From NCBI GenBank assembly GCA_048884785.1, contig JBHLQM010000001.1, positions 1-64,000 of the forward strand: DNA of 64,000 bases. Reading direction: 5' to 3'. The stretch comes from Candidatus Thorarchaeota archaeon. Its GTDB lineage: Archaea; Asgardarchaeota; Thorarchaeia; Thorarchaeales; Thorarchaeaceae. Both the position numbers and the translations under genes were made by a program. Shown piece by piece: positions 20,232-29,114 of the stretch; the first letter of the stretch is position 1, and every line of letters starts with the position of its first letter. The notes below the pieces were generated by a model. It was given only the letters and a program-made list of their open reading frames with translations, was not told the origin of the DNA and searched no databases.

Positions 20232-20387
20232 AGCGAGGACTTCCAGTGCGTTAAGTGAAACTGAGATATTCAAGTTCAGTGAATATATGAGCATTCGGAT
20301 ATGTTCACATATATCTAAACATAACAGAAAGGTTAATCTTACATCATCTGGATGTGCGAAAATAGCATGGCAGTTTGAAGACTGAGG

Positions 20388-20915
20388 ATGGGTTCTAGAG
20401 TGAGCGAAGAAGACACTTACCTACGCGCGAAATTGACTGAGATTAACAGCTCAATTGAACGGCTTACTGAGATGCTCAATCGAATGATAGATGTAATTTC
20501 TAGGATTGGAGAAGTGCAAGAAGCGACCACAGATCTTTCCGTCAGAATCGCAGAGAATAGCAGAAAACTTGACCAGATTATGCTCAGGATGGAAGGCACA
20601 TCGACTGGTGTTCCTACATCATCAGGAAGGGCAGTCGAATCAAAAGGTGCAGTGTCTGCGCATGCGGCTATATTGGACAATCTTGAAGGTCACTTTCGAG
20701 AAGGGATTATAGCAAGCGACCTTGCTGCAAAGATATCTGAAGCGGCAACTGCCCTTGAAGAAAAGGGCATGACAGGGGGAGTTATAGTTAAGATGAATCG
20801 CTGGGTTCGAATTCTAAGAACCTATGGAAGAGTTGACTCTATCAGTCCGACCGACCTAGGAAAGCTCCGGACAGATATCAGAGAATGGCAGAAGGAGTTG
20901 GCATCCTCAAGGTGA
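20388..20915 (+). CDS. hypothetical coiled-coil protein
   Basis: N-terminal heptad repeats, S/T/G linker, helical C-terminal domain. Confidence 0.7.
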   Translation: MGSRVSEEDTYLRAKLTEINSSIERLTEMLNRMIDVISRIGEVQEATTDLSVRIAENSRKLDQIMLRMEGTSTGVPTSSGRAVESKGAVSAHAAILDNLEGHFREGIIASDLAAKISEAATALEEKGMTGGVIVKMNRWVRILRTYGRVDSISPTDLGKLRTDIREWQKELASSR

Positions 20916-21052
20916 GCCGCCCATACCAAAATGGTGCAAATGGACGGCAATTGTCGAAATGTGCAACTGAATCGTGCGAAGGCTGTTTTGTGAATACTTA
21001 ATAGGGAAAAATATACAGTAAAACCAGCCGGGAAGCATGGGGTGCGATTACT

Positions 21053-21391
21053 ATGATACCATCCGAATGGGAAGACAAGATTAGAATCATTATCGAGAAA
21101 TTTCCCCATCCACACAACTCAAACCTGATTTCTTATTGGGATGAATGGATCTCATCAAACCCACAGTCACCATTCTACCAAAATTGGTCGGAATTCGCAT
21201 CGGAGAAAGACGATCCCGAGTTGCTATACACTGAGGCCAGGGTGTATACAAAAAGAATCACCAATGAGCTAAGGGAGCTAGAGATTCCATTATCCACATG
21301 GCAAAAGGTAGCGAAAGCCTTAGCGGCAGTAGCGAGTATTTTTCTTGTTATTTTCCTCGCACTGTCAAGAGTTGCAAGGGCAAGTGATTAG
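21053..21391 (+). CDS. hypothetical protein with C-terminal TM helix
   Basis: Trp-rich soluble domain followed by ALAAVASIFLVIFLAL near the C-terminus. Confidence 0.7.
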   Translation: MIPSEWEDKIRIIIEKFPHPHNSNLISYWDEWISSNPQSPFYQNWSEFASEKDDPELLYTEARVYTKRITNELRELEIPLSTWQKVAKALAAVASIFLVIFLALSRVARASD

Positions 21392-21469
21392 TGAACTAGG
21401 TCACTCGCTTAAGCAGAGCTCTCAACTTATATCATCATTGAGCAGACGATTATGTAGAGAGAATAAGCT

Positions 21470-22951
21470 ATGATTGACATGCCTTCTACAATGCAGAAAG
21501 CAATTAGAAATGCAGCTACTGCGCTCTTTGCATCAGATAAGGTCCTAGCTGTTTCTCATATCGATGCCGATGGCATTGCATCAATGGCAATTGTATTGGA
21601 AACCCTCACTCGTCTGAATAAACCACATAGGTGGAGAAACATCCATCAACTCAATTCAGAATCAATCCATGAAGTCAAAGAACTGGTTTTGGAATATTCA
21701 CCAGACTTGGTGATTTTCAGTGACTTTGGTTCGGGTCAGGTAGATCTTATACAAAAACATATCTTACCAATGAACGGTGTCAAAGGAGCAATAATATTGG
21801 ATCATCACCTTCCGCCTAGTGGTAGAGAAGAATATCAGGAATTGGACCAAGAAGGAAAACTGATTGAAATCAATCCGTGTCAACATGGATTAAATGGGAG
21901 CAAGGATATCTCAGGCGCCGGCGTATCATTTCTTTTTTCGTTGTCAATATCCCCTGACAATTCAGACCTCAGTGAATTGGCAATTGTAGGTGCTACTGGT
22001 GACCTTCAGGATTACTATGGTAAGGGATTTACTGGCCTAAATTTAGAGTTGATCAAACTTGGAATAAGCGGAAATTACATCAGCGTGAATCGAGATCTCA
22101 CTCTGTTTGGAATCAATACTAGACCACTTGTACAACTAATTCAGTATGCAACAGATCCATATCTACCAGGATTGACTGGTGATCCTGATGCATGCTATGC
22201 CTTCTACAACCAGCTTGGAATTGAACTGAAGAATCGTGAAGACCAGTGGAAGCGATGGGTCGATCTCAATCAAGACGAGAAGCAGAGGATTGTTCAAAAA
22301 CTCATCAGCGAGCTACTTCATTTTTATGAAGATTCCAAAGTCGCTACTGGACTTATTGGTGATGTAATTGCATTGCTTCACCGTCCTCAGAGGAGTGAGA
22401 TGAGCACTGCAAAGGAATTCTCCACGCTGCTGAATGCTTGCGGAAGAAATCGTCGCTCTGATATTGGAGTTAAAATCTGCTTAGGCGATGAAGAAGCATT
22501 TCAAGCAGGGAAAGCATTGCTTCAACAACATCGAGCAAATTTGGCAATGGCAATCAGAAGAATCGAGGATGGAGGATTTGAGGAGCGTGAAGGAATATAT
22601 GTTGTTAATGATCCTCAAACCCAAGATACTATTATCGGTGTCGTTATTGGGATGGCCCAAGGTTCCAACATAATTCCAGGTGATAAGCCTGTAATTGGAA
22701 TTAGCACGAATACCACTGATGATGGACCTCTTGTTAAAATATCTGGAAGAGCACGCAGGCATGTAGTGAAGAGAGGGGTCAATCTGAAAGATGTCTTCAC
22801 AGCAACAGCAGATGAGTTGAACAATAAGTATCACAAATTAGTTGCAGAAGCCGGAGGACATCCTATGGCAGCAGGAGCGTTTATCCAAAACGATTACTTG
22901 GATGAGTTTGTTAATAGAGTTTCAACTGCTATTGCTATAAAACTTCAGTAA
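21470..22951 (+). CDS. DHH/DHHA1 phosphoesterase, archaeal RecJ/Cdc45-like
   Basis: SHIDADG, SDFGSG, LDHH, VGATGD, LNACGR, SGR and AGGHPMAAG motifs. Confidence 0.9.
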   Translation: MIDMPSTMQKAIRNAATALFASDKVLAVSHIDADGIASMAIVLETLTRLNKPHRWRNIHQLNSESIHEVKELVLEYSPDLVIFSDFGSGQVDLIQKHILPMNGVKGAIILDHHLPPSGREEYQELDQEGKLIEINPCQHGLNGSKDISGAGVSFLFSLSISPDNSDLSELAIVGATGDLQDYYGKGFTGLNLELIKLGISGNYISVNRDLTLFGINTRPLVQLIQYATDPYLPGLTGDPDACYAFYNQLGIELKNREDQWKRWVDLNQDEKQRIVQKLISELLHFYEDSKVATGLIGDVIALLHRPQRSEMSTAKEFSTLLNACGRNRRSDIGVKICLGDEEAFQAGKALLQQHRANLAMAIRRIEDGGFEEREGIYVVNDPQTQDTIIGVVIGMAQGSNIIPGDKPVIGISTNTTDDGPLVKISGRARRHVVKRGVNLKDVFTATADELNNKYHKLVAEAGGHPMAAGAFIQNDYLDEFVNRVSTAIAIKLQ

Positions 22952-22990
22952 AAAATGATGGTGAGAGGGAAAATCCCCCTCTTGGAGCTT

Positions 22991-23461
22991 CTAATAATCC
23001 TCGGAAGTTAGTGATGCACCAATTATCCCTGGAATGAAAAGAAGTCCAAATGAAACACCAACATCGATTGCAATATTCTGCAAAAGAGCCGAAAGAACAG
23101 CTGCATCAAGAGCAAGTCCCATCGACAACATTGCATATCCGAGGAAAAAGACTGCAACCGATATAATCGATACTACTAGCATTCGCACTCCACTCTTTGA
23201 TATTAGACCTGCAATGAATCCCGCAACGCCAAGTGCGACAAGTGGGGCATATGCGCCACTCAGTGCGAATGTATATGGAAATAGGAGTTCTGCAAATAGC
23301 AATGCACCTTGATAACTCAATGCATCAGTGAGACTGGGAGATTGAAGAATAGCCTGTATAGCAGCCACATCAAGTCCCAGAATTTGAAAGGCACCAATGA
23401 TAATTGCCACCACTAGTGCGACTACCAATGCCATTATTGTTCTAAACATTTTAAATAACAC
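22991..23461 (-). CDS. hypothetical multi-pass membrane protein
   Basis: Highly hydrophobic 156-aa ORF. Confidence 0.7.
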   Translation of the reverse strand: MLFKMFRTIMALVVALVVAIIIGAFQILGLDVAAIQAILQSPSLTDALSYQGALLFAELLFPYTFALSGAYAPLVALGVAGFIAGLISKSGVRMLVVSIISVAVFFLGYAMLSMGLALDAAVLSALLQNIAIDVGVSFGLLFIPGIIGASLTSEDY

Positions 23462-23540
23462 ATCCTGTATCAGAACTGAGGATTAATGTTGGCTTCACTT
23501 AGTGCTCGACTGTTTATATCTCTTAGGTCTAGCTATTCAA

Positions 23541-23978
23541 TCATAGCAGATTAATTCGCGCTTGAGCTTTTGCTATGAGCTCAGCAACAGCTGGAGGCAT
23601 CTCATCCAGAGGAAGATAATCAGGTGAAAACCAACATACTTCAGCTTCTGGAAATTCCGGCCTTATTTCTTCTGTCAATGCCCGCGCAAGATAGTGATTC
23701 AGCAAGAAATGATATTGCACTGCATTATTTGTATCCCGATGGATAATATCAAACGTGGAGAGAAACTCAATTACGGAACAACTCACGCCTGTTTCTTCCA
23801 AAACCTCGCGTTTGACTGACTCTTCTTGGGTTTCTCCAAGCTCTACTCCTCCGCCAGGAATACTCCAAAGACCTCTTGAAGGTTCCTTGACCCTTCTAAC
23901 AAGCAGTATTCCTTTTGTGCCAAAAACAACCGCACCAACACCAGGGATTGGAAATTGAGGATATTGACGTTCGCTCAT
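23541..23978 (-). CDS. Nudix hydrolase
   Basis: Nudix box PGGGVELGETQEESVKREVLEETG. Confidence 0.93.
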   Translation of the reverse strand: MSERQYPQFPIPGVGAVVFGTKGILLVRRVKEPSRGLWSIPGGGVELGETQEESVKREVLEETGVSCSVIEFLSTFDIIHRDTNNAVQYHFLLNHYLARALTEEIRPEFPEAEVCWFSPDYLPLDEMPPAVAELIAKAQARINLL

Positions 23979-23996
23979 CCTAATTGCATTAGAATT

Positions 23997-25181
23997 TTAA
24001 AAGGTTAAAAGACCTCTGGGCATCTCAATTGGCTCTTTGCAATTAGAGCACTCAACAGATTTGTATGGATCAAAGTTTGGAAATGTATCGAGTTCATATT
24101 TGAAACTGGACCCGCATTTCTTGCAGTTGATTCTAACATAGCCTCTCAATTCAATTGCCTTGTTCCAAGCCTTTAGGGCTTGTTCTTTAATGCCCATTCT
24201 GTCATATTCGATTGCTAGTGATATCCAAGGTGCCGCTGCGCCAGGATCATTTTGGGTCCATTTCAATAAGCAATCCAGCTGCTTAGAATTCCATCCCAGC
24301 TCTGAATATGCGTAACATAGACCTCGAAGGCATTCAGTTGAATACTCAATCTGCAACTCAGCCGTTTCGAGGTATTTGTTGCAGGAAGCGATGTCACCAT
24401 TGTTATGACTTATGACAGCTAGTCTTGAGAGTGCCTGGACATTATTTGGGTCCACTTTGAGGGCTTTTGTGAAGAAATCAACAGCTCTCTCTTCATTGCC
24501 TTGTGCAAGGGAAATCATGCCCATCAAAACAAGAGACCTATCATCGTTAGAAGCCATGGCGTAGGTGGACTCAACTAACGGAACTGCCTCATTCACTCTA
24601 CCCTGCAATAGCAATGTATAGGCGTAGTTTGCCCTTGCTGCCATAAGACTTGGACTTAGCTCATAAAGTGTTGCCCATTCTATCGTTGCCTGAGTAAAAT
24701 CACCAAGCCGATGAAGCGCAAGCGCGTATGTGCCTCTAAGGGAAAGATCCTCTGGAAATAGAAGAATTGCCTCCTCCAGTATTCGTACTGCCTCCCTATA
24801 GTCAGTCTTATCGTGCAGGAGTCGACCAAGTTCAATCCAATGCTCAGGTTCTTCAGGTTCAAGTTCAATTGCATGACGGAGTTCAACCTCAGCCTCCTCA
24901 AGTCGTCCTAGTACTCGAAGTGCTCGACCTAAGAACAAAGCAACAACGCAGTGGTCTTCAACCATCTCTTGTGCTCGACGTAGAACACGAACGGCATCTT
25001 TTGGTTTTTCAGCTTGGACATAGGCAATTCCGAGATAGACAAGTGCATCAGGTTCAGGATTGTACCTCTTCGCCAGCGGTTCAAGTATCTGAATTGCTTC
25101 TTCAATTCGTTCCTCTTCAATAGCCCGCATGGCCTTTTTGATGCTATCGTCAATCAAATTCCGTCTTGCCTCATAGTCCAA
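23997..25181 (-). CDS. TPR-repeat protein with C-terminal Zn ribbon
   Basis: Multiple TPR-like repeats (ALVYLG..Y, LFLGRAL, WIELGRL, WISLA..Y) and C-terminal CKKC...CSNC. Confidence 0.85.
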   Translation of the reverse strand: MDYEARRNLIDDSIKKAMRAIEEERIEEAIQILEPLAKRYNPEPDALVYLGIAYVQAEKPKDAVRVLRRAQEMVEDHCVVALFLGRALRVLGRLEEAEVELRHAIELEPEEPEHWIELGRLLHDKTDYREAVRILEEAILLFPEDLSLRGTYALALHRLGDFTQATIEWATLYELSPSLMAARANYAYTLLLQGRVNEAVPLVESTYAMASNDDRSLVLMGMISLAQGNEERAVDFFTKALKVDPNNVQALSRLAVISHNNGDIASCNKYLETAELQIEYSTECLRGLCYAYSELGWNSKQLDCLLKWTQNDPGAAAPWISLAIEYDRMGIKEQALKAWNKAIELRGYVRINCKKCGSSFKYELDTFPNFDPYKSVECSNCKEPIEMPRGLLTF

Positions 25182-25237
25182 TGCATCGGCAGAATAGCAG
25201 AAGTTCGATTATAAGTAGCCATCGTTATGGCAAAATT

Positions 25238-26080
25238 GTGAACGACCATAGAATATCAACGCCATTCTCAGTGCTTCATGCGGCAAGTCTGCTGAGTCAA
25301 ACTTCAAGAATCCGCAAATTTGCAGAGGCAATATCCAGAGTAGTAACGCCTGATACAAGAGTAGTTGATGTTGGGACAGGAAGCGGAATCCTCGCGATGC
25401 TTGCGGCTAAAGCAGGAGCAGCAGAAGTTGTGGCACTTGATATAAACCAAGAATCAGTGGAATATGCAAAGAAGGCAGCATTCATGAATGGGCTGAATGA
25501 TAGGATAGACTTTCGTGTCTGCCACTTTGCTGACTATTTTCCTGAGGAGAAATTTGACGTTGTAATCTGTGAGATGCTCTCTGCTATGCTGCTAGTAGAA
25601 CAGCAGATACCTGCAACCAGGCATATCTGGAGCTATGTGATAAAGAAAGATGGAGTTTTCCTGCCAAGTAGCGTCAGGACCTATATTGCCACAGTCCAAT
25701 GTGATTCGATTTGGAATAGATTCTCCATACAGAATCTACTTTTCCCCATGTTGCCTCAATCGGTTGCCAAAGGCCAAACAGATGACTTAACAGATCTTCA
25801 AGAATTATCCTTTTTCAATCTCTCAACCATTTGTGATGAGTTTATGGTCGAAAAGACCCTGAAAATGGATATAGTTCAAGATGGTGTTGCACACGGAATT
25901 ATAGGAGTTTTCGAAGCATCCCTGGTTGATGATATAAGACTGAGAATGGAAGATGGATGGAGGGAACTCTTCGTTCCATTTCAGAGAATGATTGACGTGA
26001 AGAGTGGAGATGTATTGGAAGTCTACATAAGCTATCAACCAGGAAGGCTAGATACCATTTGCATAGATGCGAATCTATAG
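25238..26080 (+). CDS. class I SAM-dependent methyltransferase, protein arginine methyltransferase (PRMT)-like architecture
   Basis: VVDVGTGSGILAMLAAKAGA, FDVVICEMLSAMLLVE (double-E-loop-like), FLPSS, and C-terminal beta-rich domain HGIIGVFEA...GWRELFVP. Probable GTG start at 25238. Confidence 0.8.
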   Translation: MNDHRISTPFSVLHAASLLSQTSRIRKFAEAISRVVTPDTRVVDVGTGSGILAMLAAKAGAAEVVALDINQESVEYAKKAAFMNGLNDRIDFRVCHFADYFPEEKFDVVICEMLSAMLLVEQQIPATRHIWSYVIKKDGVFLPSSVRTYIATVQCDSIWNRFSIQNLLFPMLPQSVAKGQTDDLTDLQELSFFNLSTICDEFMVEKTLKMDIVQDGVAHGIIGVFEASLVDDIRLRMEDGWRELFVPFQRMIDVKSGDVLEVYISYQPGRLDTICIDANL

Positions 26081-26135
26081 GATTGGCCAAGCAGACATAC
26101 TTTTATCACCTTGAGACTGGCCGTTGACATGAGTT

Positions 26136-26813
26136 GTGACTATTATGGAACTCAAGGGTCCTCTTTGCTACGTACTTGACTATGACGACATCGCGAATTA
26201 TGCGTACCAGACTGCTCTCCGAATTCGAGAGTCAGGATGGAAACCAGAGGCAATCATTGGTATTGCCCGTGGAGGATGGGTGCATGCACGAATTCAGTGC
26301 GATTTGCTGGGCGTTAAAAACCTGCATAGCGTAAAGGTAGACCATTGGGGGGTTACAGCAACGCGAGATGGAAAAGCCATGCTTTCATGTCCACTGGTGG
26401 GTGATGTCGAAGGCATGCGTGTCCTGGTAGTCGATGACATAACAGACACCGGGGAGAGTCTTATGACTGCTGTGAACCACATAAAGGATACAGGGAAACC
26501 TGCAGAAGTGAAGACAGCAACATTGATGCATATTGTCGGGTCCAAATTTGTTCCCGATTTCTTTGGAGTTGAGGTCACATGGGCATGGGAGATATGGCCA
26601 TGGAACTTCTATGAAGACATCACATCTCTCATAATGAAGATCTTTGAGGGAGAGAAGATTACAGATATGACTACAGCAGAGGTAAAGAAGCACCTGCGTG
26701 AATACAACAATATTGTCCTCTCAGACGAACAACTTTCCAAAGTCAAATCGCATATGGGTTTCCTTGGCAAAATCGTATATCCATTAGACAAGCACTGGAG
26801 AAAGAACGTATAA
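26136..26813 (+). CDS. type I purine phosphoribosyltransferase
   Basis: IARGGW, VDHWG and PRPP loop VLVVDDITDTGES. Confidence 0.9.
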   Translation: MTIMELKGPLCYVLDYDDIANYAYQTALRIRESGWKPEAIIGIARGGWVHARIQCDLLGVKNLHSVKVDHWGVTATRDGKAMLSCPLVGDVEGMRVLVVDDITDTGESLMTAVNHIKDTGKPAEVKTATLMHIVGSKFVPDFFGVEVTWAWEIWPWNFYEDITSLIMKIFEGEKITDMTTAEVKKHLREYNNIVLSDEQLSKVKSHMGFLGKIVYPLDKHWRKNV

Positions 26814-26909
26814 TCAGGCAGTATCAGTGCCTCTCCTTGGCATTTCAGTAGTTATAAATGGAGGAGAGAGCCATAGTTCTCACAGAACTCTAGGAGTTGA
26901 CATTGAGAG

Positions 26910-27773
26910 ATGGCTTTTGAAGCAAAACTCGATTACGCACTTATAGATAGGTCCCAGAAGGAGGATTTCGAGTCAGCACTGCCAGTTGAGATCGGGATGT
27001 TTGGCGGAAGTGGCAACTATGACTCTGATGTCATTAGTAATCCAATTGAAGTCAAAGTCTTTACACCGTTTGGTGCTGCATCAGACAATTTTATTATTGG
27101 TACAGTCAAGAGAAGAGCATTTGCATTTCTGGCGCGTCACAAACGCGGCCATACCATTCCACCCCATGCAATTAATTACAGGGCCAATATCTGGGGAATG
27201 AAAGCGCTTGGTGTTAAGAGAATAATATCGCCAGCTGCGTGTGGGAGTCTTCAGCCTCAAAAGGTCAAACTTGGTGAATTTGTTATAGCGGACCAGATTT
27301 TTGATAGAACTTTTGGACAGAGAAAAGATACTTTCTTTGAGGGAGGACCGATTGCACACCTCCCCTTTGCCGATCCTTTCTGCCCCGAGTTAAGAGGAGT
27401 TGCATTGCAGACTGCTGCAAAGCTGAAGTACAAAGTGCATGATGGAGGAACCTATGTTTGTATCAATGGGCCACGATTCTCCTCAAGAGCTGAATCGCTT
27501 TTCTACAATAGAAATGGATGGGATGTAATTGGAATGACTGCCTATCCTGAAGCCCCTCTAGCCAGAGAGGCTGGTATATGTTTCGTAAATATATCGATGC
27601 CCACAGATTATGATGTAGCTGGAGAGGAAGGACCAGTCACGCATGAGCTTGTTCTCAGAACAATGTCGCAAAATGTTGAACGAGTTCGTAAGCTCACATT
27701 CGATATGATTGATAATATTCCACAAGAAGCTAGTTGCAGCTGTCAGACAGCTATGAAAGGTGGATTATTCTAG
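26910..27773 (+). CDS. mtnP: S-methyl-5'-thioadenosine phosphorylase
   Basis: GGSG, LARH..GH.IPPH.INYRANIW, GPRFSSRAES, IGMT..PE..LARE, and TDYD (Asp-x-Asp for 6-aminopurine recognition). Confidence 0.9.
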   Translation: MAFEAKLDYALIDRSQKEDFESALPVEIGMFGGSGNYDSDVISNPIEVKVFTPFGAASDNFIIGTVKRRAFAFLARHKRGHTIPPHAINYRANIWGMKALGVKRIISPAACGSLQPQKVKLGEFVIADQIFDRTFGQRKDTFFEGGPIAHLPFADPFCPELRGVALQTAAKLKYKVHDGGTYVCINGPRFSSRAESLFYNRNGWDVIGMTAYPEAPLAREAGICFVNISMPTDYDVAGEEGPVTHELVLRTMSQNVERVRKLTFDMIDNIPQEASCSCQTAMKGGLF

Positions 27774-27785
27774 AGAATACAAACA

Positions 27786-27812
27786 GGGGTGAGTGTGTAA
27801 TGCACCCACCCC
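27786..27812. terminator. GC-rich hairpin between convergent mtnP and micro-peptide genes
   Basis: Imperfect inverted repeat GGGGTGAGTG...CACCCACCCC. Confidence 0.5.
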
Positions 27813-27856
27813 TATGAAGAATTCAGGTTATACGATCTCAGAGTCATGAACCGCGA

Positions 27857-27952
27857 CTACCAATCGTCGTCGTCGTCGTCGGCCCAGTCATCGTCGAAGT
27901 CGTCATCCCAATCCTCATCGTCTTCATCAAACCATAGTTTCTCGATGAACAA
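27857..27952 (-). CDS. 31-aa Asp/Trp-rich acidic micro-peptide
   Basis: Below the ORF-track cutoff. TTG at 27952 with GAGGTG RBS 8 nt upstream (27961-27966). Translation MFIEKLWFDEDDEDWDDDFDDDWADDDDDDW*. Mixed GAC/GAT codons argue for coding rather than a pure microsatellite. Confidence 0.75.
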   Translation of the reverse strand: MFIEKLWFDEDDEDWDDDFDDDWADDDDDDW

Positions 27953-28251
27953 GGATATTACACCTCAAATATGCAGTACAGAATTATGAATTAAGGATAC
28001 GCCCCACATTTGTGACCGATGAATTGTCCAAAAAGGCTGGTTAGGGATAAATAATTGCCTAAGAAGTTTCTCAGGAAAAAATCACCCCCAATTCTACTGA
28101 AAGAGGGTCTATAAAATCCGATTTCAGTGAAAAAAGCATATTAATGACCAGATAATGATGTCCCCAATAGTGAGAGTTTTATTACAAGCAAACAATATAT
28201 TGAAAATGTGTGCATGGTCCATTGTGACTGTGTCACAGGATTAGGATTTAT

Positions 28252-29088
28252 TTGGGAAGTTCTGATGATGTCCTAACCGACAAACAAGAAGCTCCAGCTT
28301 TCAATATGGAGACTCGCTTAGTTATTCTTCCTCAGAAGACATTATTCCGCCTAAATGGTTCAAAATTCGAAGATACCAGACGAATTGTTCGAGGTGTTTT
28401 TCTAATAAAGCGACGTCATAGGAAAATCCGTGAAGCCCTTAGCGAGGTACAACATATTCGATTCAAGAGGGCCAAGGACATCCCGAAAGGCGATTCAAGG
28501 AAGCTTAAACCATTTGAGGAGCGAACATTCGCCGTTGTGACCTACTCCTTTGGCGGTGCGTCTGAACAGCAAAAGAAAAAGATGCAAAGGCTACTTCTTA
28601 GGGCACCATGCATCAGAGTTAGGCCGGGTGTCCTGATATTCCCAAATCTCCGTTCCAAGGAAAAGGCTCGCTATTATTCCAATGCTGGAGACATCCTTGA
28701 CTCAAAGAAACTTGCTAGAGAGGCACATCTAATTGGAGCAAGAGTAAATCGGTGGACTCGCCTACGATTAGCTAATAGAGAGGCAGAAGAGTACATAGAT
28801 GCATCCTTCAATGAGATGCTCAAATTGGACCTGGATTCTTTTGAGAAGAAACTGAAACATCTTTCTCAAGAGATGGACGATCCCTCCATCTCTCAAAAAT
28901 CCCTCAGACTTCACCTGAATGTGCTTGCCGCGAAATTCATCAAACTCAAGAGGAAATATGGAATCCTCAAGGCAATATGGCAATACGATTCACAAAAAGA
29001 ACTGAAACGAGTATATAATCGAATGCTAAAGACTCGACGAAAGTATCAGGATAGAAATCTACATACCGAATCAGTAAAAGGTCGCTGA
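28252..29088 (+). CDS. basic hypothetical protein with Cas2/PaaX-central/ChrB-N-like domain and helical C-terminus
   Basis: K/R-rich. AVVTYSF...QKKKMQRLL..APCIRVRPGVLIFP resembles the Cas2-like ferredoxin motif of PaaX/ChrB. The start may be ATG 28306. Confidence 0.55.
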   Translation: MGSSDDVLTDKQEAPAFNMETRLVILPQKTLFRLNGSKFEDTRRIVRGVFLIKRRHRKIREALSEVQHIRFKRAKDIPKGDSRKLKPFEERTFAVVTYSFGGASEQQKKKMQRLLLRAPCIRVRPGVLIFPNLRSKEKARYYSNAGDILDSKKLAREAHLIGARVNRWTRLRLANREAEEYIDASFNEMLKLDLDSFEKKLKHLSQEMDDPSISQKSLRLHLNVLAAKFIKLKRKYGILKAIWQYDSQKELKRVYNRMLKTRRKYQDRNLHTESVKGR

Positions 29089-29114
29089 ACAGATTCTCAG
29101 GACTGGCGAAAGTC

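Noticed and set aside
26814-26909. Riboswitch-like leader ahead of mtnP
   Set aside because: Only short, weak inverted repeats. A TATA-like TTATAAA and an RBS explain the region as an ordinary promoter.
27863-27930. (GTC)n microsatellite
   Set aside because: Better explained as Asp codons of the acidic micro-peptide: in-frame GAC/GAT mix, regular Trp codons and an RBS.
28252-29088. True CRISPR Cas2 gene
   Set aside because: No array or other cas genes in the window, the protein is much longer than Cas2, and the catalytic Asp appears absent.
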